From assembly GCA_963514005.1 (NCBI GenBank), contig OY740788.1:88536001-88600000 (forward strand): a stretch of 64,000 nt of DNA. Reading direction: 5' to 3'. Below are positions 1 to 12,600 of this stretch, in pieces. Each line of letters begins with the position of its first letter. Position 1 is the first letter of the stretch. Both the position numbers and the translations under genes were made by a program. The notes below the pieces were generated by a model. The model worked only from the letters and a program-made list of their open reading frames with translations, was not told the DNA's origin and ran no database searches. Source of the DNA: Raja brachyura. Lineage: Eukaryota.

Positions 1-427
1 ACTTTTCATCACACTTGTAAAAGGCTACTCTCAGCAACTTTAGCAAGTTCCTATCTGATACCAAAGTTCGCCTTGCCCCGATTCAGAATTGTAACTAGTG
101 GGCCCACGCTGTGGTTATCCATAACTATTTTAAAGCTAATACACCTGTGGTCGCTGGTCCCAAAAGGCTCACCAACTTACACTTCACTCACTTGCTCTTT
201 CCAATTTTCCAAATAAAAGGCGAAAATTAATCAGAGCATTTGGTTTTGTTCCAACATTTGAATCCGAAAAAAGTGCATGAACATCAGGGGTGACTATAAG
301 GATTGACCCTCAGTACATCTGAAACTTGCATCTGTGACCATCGTCGATGCATCCAGAGAGAATGGTGAAAACTACTCTGATGATCTGCCGGCAGTTTGAG
401 AGTACATTTTCAGTGGTTTCCACTGCC

Positions 428-494
428 CACTTTCCCCATGACTTCCTCTTTACACTCCACGCATTTGTGATGAAACAATCTTGTGGGGAAGTAG
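428..494 (+). promoter_or_regulatory. Putative leukocyte-type proximal promoter (PU.1/ETS motifs) of the Ig receptor gene
   Basis: ACTTCCTCTTT at 441-451 (reverse complement AAAGAGGAAGT, a PU.1/Spi box) and GGGGAAGT at about 485-492. Both lie 80-135 nt upstream of the leader ATG at 575. No clear TATA box. Confidence 0.45.
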
Positions 495-574
495 AAGAGG
501 ACACAGTCACTTCTAAAACAGCAACGGGAACATCGGGTCTGAATCTTTAATCCTTGCAAATCAAATTTAACAAC

Positions 575-623
575 ATGTTTGCACTGATATTCTCCACCTT
601 GACTCTGTCCCTCTGTGCAGTGG
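575..623 (+). CDS. Exon 1: signal peptide [16 protein letters not shown](G)
   Basis: ATG in an AACATG context, 16 hydrophobic codons, then a phase-1 G|GTAAGT consensus donor. Joins to GLTA|NTSLIQSPG, giving a plausible cleavage site. Typical Ig-type leader exon. Confidence 0.75.
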
Positions 624-3600
624 GTAAGTACAGTCCCAGGATGGGTCCCCCAGTCTGGGTTAGTTTCATCTGCTTTCAAGTTCCATTTACATATTGCAGT
701 GATGTGTATCTAGTATGTTACAGTTGAATATTTCTGTTTAAAATTGAGATTTGTGTTCTTGGTTCAGTGTGAGAAGGACACTGAAGTGTACTGCTCTGTA
801 TCTCTATAATAAAGATTCGTCAGAACAGCAACAACAAGTGCGCCATAACGTATCTAACTAAGCTAGATGATGGTAAAACATTACCAAAGTATGTAAAGTA
901 ACCACAGTCGTGCAAAGTCAGGGCAGAGCAGGGATTTGAACACACAGCCTTGAGGTGCCCCTGTGCTGATGGTCACTGAGGCGGAGATATTGTTGCCAAT
1001 ACACACAGACTGAGACCCGCCAATGGGGAAGTGGGGCAACCAGTTGAATAGGATGGTGCAGAGACCCAGATCCCTGAGTTTGGACAGGATAATGGTGTTG
1101 AATGCTGTGCCTCAGTCAATGAACAATAGCCTGATGTATATGTTTGCATTAAAAGCAAGTGTGAAGAATATCAAATCTAATGACAAAAGATTTTATAAAT
1201 CTATTAGGAGAGAGAACAAAAACTGACAGATTTGAACACACAGAGTAATGAGTCATAGAGTCACGCAGCACACAAACAGGGCGTGTAGGAAAGAATTGCA
1301 GATGCTGGTTTAAACCGAAGATAGACACAAAATGCTGGAGTAACTCAATAGGTCAGGCAGCATCTCTGAAGAAAAGGAATAGGTGACGTTTCGGGTCGAG
1401 ACCCTTCTTCAGATTGAGAGTGAGGGGAATGGGAAACGAGGGATATAGATGGTGATATGGAGAGATGTAGAACTAGGATCAGTCTAACCCATCTGTGCTG
1501 ACCAAGATGCCCTATCTAAGCTAGTCATATTTGCCCATGTTTGCTCACATCCCTCAAACCCTTTCCTATATGTGTTTGTCCAAATGCCTTCTAAATGTTG
1601 AATTGTACACGACTCAACCACTTCCTCTGTCAGCATGTTCCATGTACAAAACACCACCCACAGGCCCTCTAGTTCCTATTAAATTATTCCTCTCTCACTT
1701 TAAACCTATGCGCTCTTGTTTTTGATTACCCTCCCCTGGGAAAAAGACTGTGTGCTTTCATCCTATCTATGTCCCTCATAATTTTGTACACCTCAATAAG
1801 ACCATCCCTCAGGAATAAGGAAATCCCCATATGGAATAAAGTCCTTGATTACCCGACTTCTCCCTATAACAGTCTCTCGAGTCCTGGCGACCTCCTTGTA
1901 AATAATTTATTCACTTTTTCCAGCTTAACATAAGTTATACAAAATAAATTAATTAGAAGAAACATTGGATGACAAACAACTGCTCAAAACCTGATCCTTT
2001 CCTGCCCAGGATATGAAAGAAATAAGCAAGCCAGTTGCAGGCACATTATAATTTTCCAAACTTTTCTACATTCAGTAATTATACTCCTGGGTTGGAAAAT
2101 TAAAATGGCCCTGTGTAAATGTTGTGTTATCCTTGTACTTGTACTGTAGCTCTATAACAATACAGTTACCACACTGTACGTGCGTGTTTGCTTTCAGTAA
2201 CTGATGTTTAGATGCATCAAAGATCCTTTCTAATCAGCATTCCCCAATCCATGACAACCAAGAAATTGTAGATTCTGCAAACGTGCAATAAAACCACCAA
2301 ACGCTGGAAACCCTCAGCAGGTCTGTCTGCATCTGTGGAAAGAGAGACAGTACACATTTCAAGCTGCGATCTTTGGTCAGAACTGGGAAAGAGAAAATGT
2401 AATAATAAGGAACCGCAGATGCAGGTTTACACCAAAGATAGACACAAGATGGCGCAGTAACTCGAGTAGACCAGGCAGAATCTCGGGGAAAATTGGAAAG
2501 GTGACGTTTCAGGTCAGACCACAAGGGTCCTGACCCAAGACCACATGAGATGCTCCAGCAATTTGTTCTATCTTAAGAGAAAAAATAAGTTTGTTTTATG
2601 TCGTAAAGAATGTGAGGGTGGGATGGACAGGCCAAAGAGACCTTGCGAGGGAACACCTTGCGAAGGAAGACATAAGGACCGACGAGGTAGAGTAATTGTA
2701 GATTGAGTTGAGGAATTGTAAAGCACGAAGACACTAATTGGTGTTATCTACAGACCCCCAAATAGTAGCCCGGATGTAGTGTGTAAGTTGCAGCAGGAGT
2801 TAAAACTGGCATGTAACAAAGGTAATGCCACTGTGGTGATGGGGGATTTCAATATGCAGGTAGACTGGGAAAATCAGGTTGATTCCGGACCTCAAGAAAG
2901 AGAGTTTGTAGATTGCCTCCGAGATGGATTCTTAGAGCACCTTGTAATGGAGCCGACCAGAGAAAAGGCAATTCTGGATTTAGTGTTGTCCAATGAACCA
3001 GATATGATACGAGAACTCGAGGTGAAGGAACCACTTGGAGGGAGTGATCATAATATGATTAGTTTTAATCTGCAATTTGAGAAGGAGAACGTTAAATCGG
3101 AAGTGGCAGTCATGCAGTTGAACAAAGGGGACTATGAAGGCATGAGAGTGGAGCTGGCTAAAGTAGACTGGAAAGGGATCCTAGCAGGAATGACGGTGGA
3201 ACAGCAATGGCAGGAATTTCTGGGCATAATCCGGAAGATGCAGGATCATTTCATTCCAAAAAGGAAGAAAGATTCTAAGGGGAATAGGAGGCAACTGTGG
3301 CTGACAAGAGAAGTTAGGGATAGAATAAAACTAAAAGAAAAGATGTATAACACAGCAAAGAGTAGGTGGAAGCCAGAGGATTGGGGAACTTTCATAGGAC
3401 AACAGAAGGAAACAAAACGGGCAATACGGGCTGAAAAGGTGAAGTACAAAGGGAAGCTGGCCAGGAATATAAAGAAGGACGGTAAAAGCTGCTTTAGATA
3501 TGTTGAGGGAAAAAGAGTAGCAAAGTCAAATGTGGGTCACTTGAAGGCAAACGCAGGTGAAATTATTATGGGCAACAAGGAAATGGCAGAAAAGTTGAAA

Positions 3601-6600
3601 AGCTACTTCGGATCTGTCTTCACTAAGGAAGACACAAACAATCTCCCAGATGTACAAGAGGACAGAGGATCTAAGGGGGTCGAGGAACTGAAAGAAATTT
3701 TCATTAGGCGAGAAATAGTATTGGGTGGGCTAATGGGACTGAAGGATGATAAATCCCCTGGGCCTGATGATCTGCATCCCAGGTTCCTCAGGGAGGTGGC
3801 TCTAGAAATAGTGGACGCATTGGTGATCATTTTCCAATGTTCAATAGATTCAGGATCAGTTCCTGTGGATTGGAGGATAGCTAATGTTATCCCACATTTC
3901 AAGAAAGAAGCAAGTCGATCGCGTTCCATAAAATCCCACTCGCAAGGTGATTTAAATGGCCATTAATTTACGGGAATTAAACACTAAATTCCTTCAATTT
4001 GGCCTATAAATTCATGACAATGAGATTTAAAAATTCATGTTATATTGTGAATTCTTGTGTGAATGTTATTTGGACACAGGCTATTTTAAAATGTTAATAT
4101 TTTCTTAAGAAATGGATTGATGTTTAGATCTAGTAGATGAATTTTGTAATTAGCTACAATTGGGTAACTAACTAATTATATGCTTTAATTTCAGGTCATC
4201 CAAGTAAGATTGTTTCATATTTGTTTCAGAATGCTTCAATCTATAATAACTGAAAATTTCTTTCAGTTCTGTTAATTTTTAAGAATGTTATGGGCTTTTG
4301 ACTGTCGTCGATCACGACTTTTGTGTTAAGTCAATGGAAAAGCAATAGGGAACAAGATGCTAATTTCCGAGTATGAAAATGGCCACCACTTTTTTAATAC
4401 TGAAGATATGAAAGTGAATTAGGTGTCAAATTAAACTTCTTTTTATGCTTTATCTGATGGGATAAATTGCAGACTTGATTTTTAAAATCTCAAAATTTTG
4501 TAACATTGCTATGTAGTGTATCTAGACTTTCAGAAAGCCTTTGATAAGGTCCCACATGGGAGACTGGTGACTAAAATTAGAGCACATGGTATTAGGGGTA
4601 GGGTGTTGACATGGATAGAAAATTGGTTGGCAGACCGGAAGCAAAGATTAGGACCTAATGGAGAGGTGCTCCACAATGGTATGCTGCAAGGAGGGAGCTA
4701 TATCACCGCGGGTCTCTGCAGGGCCCGCGGCAACAGCACCTGTGTACAGGGCTGCACACTGTTTCCCTCTCTGAAGAGGGGAACAGTTGGGGTCAGTTCT
4801 GTCTGACTCGGAGTTTGGAGGTATTGCTAGGAGCACACCACGAGGCACGAGGGATATGGTCCATGGAGGGCCACATCAGCGCAGGGCTCCTCAGGGCCTG
4901 CGGCAACAGCACCGGCGTACAGGACTGCACACTGTCTCCCTCTCTGAGCAGGGGAGCAGTCGGGGTCAGTGTGCAACTGACTCCAAACTCAGAAGTATGT
5001 CCGTGCCACATACTGGAGTTCCTGAAAGTGCCGGCAGTGAACAGCGCTATCGGGTGACGTTGGAGGGGCATGGTACCCCAGGAAACCAGCCGCCGTATCT
5101 GCTATTCAGGTAAAACCTATTCAACAGGTGAGACCTGCATGAGGGAGCTAAAGCTGTCAAACTACAAATACAGCCTCATCATTTCGGCGACAATACACCC
5201 CACGCCTCCATCGGCAGTAAGCGGTTCACTGAAGCTGGTGGCAGCCAGCAAGCTGGGCAGTGGGCTTTTAGGCCAAGGCCCAAGCCGGTCTCAGGAAAAA
5301 TATCGAATCCACGAACCCTACCAGTCCTACTCTCCAATGAAGGACGGAAATAGAACCCGCATCAGGGGCCTTTGGGCTTACCATAAGACCACCGGTAACC
5401 ATGAAGGTAGTTGGGTCTGTTTCTTTCCAAAACATGGGGTATGTGGACCATTTACAAGTTAGAAACACTTGTAAAAGCCTGTAACAACCTTGTTGTTATG
5501 AAGCAGCCTCTATTCATCAAGAGTAATTGGCAATATAGTGACTGTGTTTTTTTAGCTGTACGTTTGGATCTTTGCATTATCAGAACTTATAATGTACAAA
5601 GGAGTAACCTCTTCAATACCAAGTAGGTCGTTATTAACAGACCTATCCTATTACCAGCTGAAACTATCAAAGTCACAATGGTGGACGAACTATATTCTAC
5701 ATTGCTCCTGTACTTTTGCTCAATAACTCTTCAGTTATATTACAAACTGATACTAGTGCTCAAAGATGAAAATTTACGAATACCATCTCTAGTTATGGAG
5801 GTGAATGGGCTTTGTATGCTCAACTCCAAGTTGATACACTATGGTGGGGGCATTTGACGCTGGTGATTCATCGCGTAAAAATCTATGACAACGCAGTATG
5901 GATGTTGTATCACAACATATTTAAGGACATTGTGGTTCGATGGAACACCGAATAACAATACGTTTGCATCCAGGCTCTATCACCATTGCAAAAATATGTG
6001 GCACAGTGGCAATAGATGTATTCTCGCTACACTGAGGAGAAATGTTCTTTATGTCTTTCCTCCATTTTGCCTCATCAGTCTGGTCTTGCACAAAAACCAG
6101 CAAGATCTCGCCTCGGGCATTTCGTGCTGCTTGACTGGCCTATGCAGCCATGGTTCCTGCTAAATGTTGGGAATGATTATAGGACCTTATATGGTTGTCC
6201 TAAACCCAAAAATTTGGTGGTTCACCCCGTGACTGAGGAAACCATCCTCTGCATGATAAAACCAATTTATAGACTTGGAATCTCTGAGAAGACCATTCGG
6301 CGGCTCGGGTTACCAGACCAATCCATGTACGTGCTCACTGCAGAGTGCAGGGACAGCACCGAGAAAGCAGCACATGTTTCCTCATCAGGAGATGGGAAGT
6401 GTTTGGGTATTAATGCCAATGTTCCATATAGTACGGCACGGATAACTAACATCTCGGAGTTCATTTTCGGATGGGTCTTTGACAATTAATTAAGTTATAG
6501 TACCATTAACTATGCCAACGTGCTTTCTCATCATAGTTGCTGCAGCGATCAGGACCCACTCTGTCGGGTCTCACTCTCTGATATCCAGATTTATAAGGAT

Positions 6601-9600
6601 ATCTTTAATATAATTCTCCCAGGCCCAGGTACTCGGAGATATGGGATGTTAGCATTGTTCTTAAACTGCTTCGCCAGTTGGGCCCAGCTACATCTCTATC
6701 CCTGGTCAAACTCACTTACAAGGTGGTTATGCTCATGGCTCTAGTCTCGGCGCAACTGATCCAGCCACTACTTATAGTGCGACTGGACAGGATGGTTACA
6801 TCTGCTAATAATATAATATTTTATGTTTATGATGTCGTTAAGCAGAGCAGACCAGGGGTGTCAGGTCCCAAACTATTTCTCATGGCATAACCCATGGACC
6901 TTTGGTTGTCTGTAGTCACTCATTTACAACAATACGTCAATGTCACCAAGACCCTTAGAGGATCTGCACTAGCAATGGTTGTTAGTTACTAAAAACCTCA
7001 TAAAAGGTATCTATCCCGACCATCTCTAGGTGGTCAAACAGGTTTTGGCTAATGCAGAAGTAGATACTATATTTTCTATCTCACTCCACTAGAGCTGCTA
7101 CTACATTAGCAGCAAGGGTCATGAACGTTCCACTGGACCACACCCTAGCGGCTGCAGGATGGCCAAACGAACAAACTTTCCAACATTTTATAATAACCCA
7201 TTACCAGACTGAGGGTATTTGCCAAATTCCATTTATGATTTGTTTCATAGTTTCCCCCAGGATGGGAGGGGTCACTATTATTATCCTTTGATGATTAAAG
7301 CATCAGCAGTTTTAACAAACTATGTCATGGCTGAATACATTAATCTTTTTCACTCATCCATGGTCAATTGATGCAGTGTGTGATGCCTGGACTCATATCC
7401 GGCATGAAATCACAGAGCTTCAAAGTCTTCACGTAGTGAAACCGGGAGCCGAATCGGCACGGGAAATCGGCCCCAGGGAAAAAAAATTGTGGCGTTTTTG
7501 GAGGAGAGCTGGCTGCAGCAGCTGCCGTTATGGTGTCTGGCCAGCAGGAGGCCACAAAATGAGTGAGTGTGTGTGTGTGGGGGGGGGGGGGGGGGTGAAG
7601 GATTTTATTTAAAAAAGTGTACATAAAAATGTCTAAATGTAATGAGGAGTGAATGTGTGAATGTAAAAGTGTAATGTCTAGCAAAATGGCAAATTTCTCT
7701 GGGTTTGAAAGTGTAGTTTTGGCGAACCATGAAATCAAAGGGCAAATCTGACATACACCCACAAGACACACACACGGCAGGCAGACACACACACACAGAG
7801 TTTTAATAGTATATATAGATAGATTAGGAGAGGAAAGGGACAAGAATAAATATCACTGACAGTCCAAATTAAGAAGAATCCCAAGGATTGAACAATTGTA
7901 TTAGAGTAAGAGGGTAACCAGGGAAAGAGTAGGAGCCAAGGAAAGTGAGGCTGTTACAAAGAACAATGGGGACCCGGCATGGGGGGGACGGTCGTGAGGG
8001 ACGGTGGGAGAACAGAGTGGGAACTGGTGTGTGGGGGCCCTGATTCCCTGTGCCTTTCACCCGCAGCGCTTGTGACACGGGAAGCTCTGTGCAGCCCCCG
8101 TGCCGTCAGCGCTGCCTGAAGCCGTCAATTTTAATCGGGGCTGAAGGCAGCAGAAATCCTGCCTTTGTAGCACTGCGCATGCGCATCAGTCTACTGCGCA
8201 TGCGCAGCGCAAGTTTATTGGCGGGGTTTTCCACCATGGTTTGTCGTGTCCCAATGATATGGTAAGTACATTTTGTGATTTATTTTTTTTAATACCGTAT
8301 TTGCCAGGGTGTGGGGGGGGTGTGAGAGTCGGAGTGGGGGGAGCGCTCCTTTCACAGCGTTTGGGGAGTCTGGCCCGGGGTAACGTTGCGGGGAGGGCAC
8401 AAATGTTATGAATGAGGGGCCGGGGGCATCCACTTGCGACGCTCCTTGCAAGGGGGCATGAAATGACACTGCTCTGAGGCCGGGGGGGGGGGGGAGAGAG
8501 AGAGAGAGAGAGAAGTAGCTCGAGCGGCCGCCGGGCCGGACAGCGGAACCAGCCGCCACCTTAGCTCCAGAACCACCCGCCCACCTCTGGCAGCTCTCCA
8601 TCTAAAAACCTCTCTCCTGCCGCTCGCTGGCCTCACTCATGTCCTTAAATTCCGACAGCGTGATTGAGGTTACTCGGCTGTGGGAATTTAAGGATTTGCA
8701 GGAAGTCGCTGACATGAGTAAAGTCGGCGAACGGCAGGTGACAGGTGTTCCGACGGAGAGCACTGCCAAAGGTGAGCGGGCCGGCAGAAGGCGCTGAAGC
8801 TGCGGCCAGTTCAGCTCTCGGGTCCGGTGGCCGCTCCCCGAGCTGCTTCTATCCCCAGCTACAGTGCGTGGCTTCGCACCCGGAGAGCTGCGGCAGCGGT
8901 GAGGGAGTGAAGATTCCAGCACTTTGTGATAAGTCACTGTTTTTATTTATTTATTTAACGGGGAGGACAATCTGCGCATGCGCGGTTTACATTTTTTTTA
9001 AAAGCGGACTGAGTGCCTACCCAGAGTAATTACTCACGGCACGTGCCTGGTGTGAGGTGCTACATCTTGGCAGGACAAATCAAAATAGGACGTACATGGT
9101 AAACTGTAGCAAATTGGGGAATGCTGTGGAACAGAGGGGTCTAGGAATAACTGTGCATAGTTCCCTGAAGGTGGAATCTCATGTAGATAGGGTGGTAAAG
9201 AAAGCTTTTGGTGTGCTGGCCTTTATAAATCAGAGCATTGAGTATAGAAGTTGGGATGTAATGTTAAAATTGTACAAGGCATTGGTGAGGCCAATTCTGG
9301 AATATGGTGTACATTTCTGGTGAACAGTAGAAGGAAAAAGTGTGGCAATTAAATGTTGGAATACTGAATGATAAAACAACTGTTAATTATATTAAATTGG
9401 AAATCAAAACTCATCTAGAGGAAAATGACAATGGGGAGGTGGACCCATCCGTACTATGGGACTCATTGAAGGCTGGAATACGAGGTAGGTTAATAACGAG
9501 GGCATCACATATTAAAAAGGCCAGAATGAAAACATATAATAAGTTGATAACAGACCTGAAGGATTTAGTACAGAAGTACAAAAATAATAAGGACCAGAGA

Positions 9601-12600
9601 ACTTATAAGCAAATAGGAGATTTGAGGGGACAAATGGATGGAATATTGGGTCAAGAGGTGGAGAAAAAAGCAAGATTTGTAAAACAGGCACATTATGAGC
9701 TAGGCCCTAAATCCACTAAAATACTTGCCCGGAGGCTACGCAAACAACAGGCTGACAACACCATACACAAAATTAAGGACCCCTGTACACAGAATTTGAA
9801 GAGTGATCCAAAAGAAATAGAATATATCTTCCAGGAATATTATAAAGAATTATATACACAAACCTCTACAGTAGATGGGGAATCAATGAGAAATTTTTAA
9901 AATACAATAGATCTGCCCTGTATTGGAGAGACACAAAATAAAATAATCACAGCAGAAATATCGCTGGAGGAGATAGAGAAGACAATTGGTAGGATGAAAT
10001 CAAACAAGGCCCCAGGCAGCGACGGTTTCCCTATAGAATGGTATAAAATATTTCGGAATGAGCTGAACCCACTTCTTCTGAGAACCTTTAACTGGATTAT
10101 CAGAGAAGGCAAGACACCCCTGTCGTGGAAAGAGGGAATTATAACATTAATCCCCAAAGAGAACAAAGACAAGGGAAATTGTACCAACTACAGACCGATA
10201 TCAATTCTAAATGTGGACTATAAATTATATTCCTCAATTATCTCCAAACGATTTGAAAAGTTCATGCCAGATTTAATTGATGAAGACCAGACTGGTTTTA
10301 TAATAGGCAGACAAACACAGGACAGCATTAGAAGAACCCTACATATAATACACAAGATTCAAAAGGAAAGTACACGTGCTGTCCTGATAAGTCTAGACGT
10401 GGGAAAGGCTTTTGATAGGGTTAATTGGGAATTCTTATATCAAACACTAGAAAGATTTGGCTTTACCGAAGATTCAATTCAAGTTATTAAAGCAATTTAC
10501 CAGCAACCTACTGCAAGAGTAAAGGTGAATGGGTCCTTAACTGAGGAACGAGACAGGGATGTTGTCTTAGCCCTACCCTGTTTGCTATATATATTGAACC
10601 ATTGGCTCAAGCGATTCATCAAGATAGGGAACTGAGGGGAGTAACTGTAAGAGACAGAGACCATAAAATTGGCCTTTTCGCAGATGATGTAATGATGTAT
10701 CTCACGGAAGTAAACACCTCATTTCCAAGGATGATGGGGATCATAGATGAATTTAATTTTTATGCAGGATATAAAGTGAATATTTCAAAAACTCAAATCC
10801 TCCTATTTAATTGTCCTCCTCCAGAAGAAATCAAACAAAATTATAATATTAAATGGGATTCAAAATCAATCAAATACCTAGGGGTACATAAAACAAAAAA
10901 TATATCAATGTTGTATGGGGCCAATTATAATCACATCAACCAAAACATAAGAAAGGATATAGAAAGATGGTCCACTTACCCAATGAATTTTAGTAGTAAG
11001 ATAAATGTGGTGAAAATGAATATTTTGTCAAGGCTATTGTACTTGTTTCAATCTCTGCCAATTGAGGTATCATTAAAACAATTCACGGAATGGGATAAAT
11101 TAATATCTAGATTTATTTGGGGAGGAAAGAAGGCCAGAATTCGATACACTACACTACAGTTGCCAAAGGACAAAGGCGGAATGGCATTTCCAAATTTTAG
11201 GATATATTTCTATGCAGCCCAACTTCAACCACTAATTAATTGGTGTGAGGACAGCTATACAGCTAGGTGGAAAGAGATTGAGACATATAATCCCTGACTT
11301 CCACATCCAAACACTTTTGGGAGAAAAAGCGCTTCCTGGACATATCAGGAGTATAATCGATCCAATAACGATATTTACTTTAGAAACCTGGTTCACTCTT
11401 ACCAGACAACTTAAACTGAATAAACGACAACAAGTTTTAAGATGGATAGGTTTGGATAATGAATTTAAACCAGGGATGTATGACTCAACATTTAAAGAGT
11501 GGATGAAGAAAGGAATGACTGCATTTTGTACTGTTATTGAACATGGAGACCTAAGAAGTTTTCAAGATTTGAAGGATAGATTTGCACTTCGGAACCAAGA
11601 ATTGTTTAGATACCTCCAACTGAGAGATTATTACAATAAAAAGGTAAAAAGGGAGGCACTAGAAGAAAAGAATCCAGTGATAGAAGTGATAGTTAGTGCG
11701 TATCATCAAAACACATGAAGGATTATTTCTAAACTTTATCATAGTTTAATGGAATGTCAAGCTAAAACTACATTTTATGTAAAATTTAAGTGGGAAAAGG
11801 AATTGAACATCACAATCTCAGAAGAAGAACGGCATCATATGTGTGTAACAGTACAGACATCCATTAATTCACAAAATTGGAGAGAATGTAATTGGAAAAA
11901 TTTGATTTGTTTCTTTATTACGCCTAACATAAAAAGCAAGCAAATTCTAAGGCAGCAAACATGGTGGAGGCAACGTGGTCAAACAGACGCAAATCATGCA
12001 CATATCTTCTGGAGTTGCCCAAAAATAGAACCATTTTGGGACAGAGTGAATTCAGAATTAACGGAGGTATTAGGATATACAATCTGCAAGAAGTGTTCCA
12101 TTTTATACCTGGGTAATATAAATACAGTGGTGCTGAAGGAAGACCATTACTTGTTTAAAATCCTACTCACAGCTGGCAAAGAGGCCATTACAAGAAACTG
12201 GCTTGGAGCGGACACACCCAGACTTAGACAATGGTTAGACATAGTACAGGAAATATTTGTCATGGAGAAAATGACATATTCTCTAAGAGTGAAAGAAGAC
12301 GAGTTTAATAGAAAATGGGAAAAATGGATTAGGTATAGAAATAAAGACATCAACACTGTATAATTTTATTGACAATAATGTAAGTTATTGGAATATGTTT
12401 TAATATGAAAATAGTTCTGTATACTGCATCATTAATTGTAAACTGAACCCCCCGCTGCACTGTTGTACGTTTCACTGTAATGTATGTGTCATTGTTATAT
12501 TTGTGTTTTATTTGTGTATACATAAAAGCAATAAAAACTAAAGTGTAAAAAAAATTAAAAAATAGCCGGGGAGGGAACAATGTGCGCATGCGCAGTTACA

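Noticed and set aside
8231-8267. CCACCATG with a GTAAGT donor as first exon of the receptor
   Set aside because: Phase 2 (incompatible with exon 2), not hydrophobic, and embedded in an interspersed repeat.
9004-9018. 15-nt identity GCGGACTGAGTGCCT with the DIRS terminus at 40011-40025
   Set aside because: A few 15-mer matches are expected by chance in a 64-kb self-comparison, and there is no flanking similarity.
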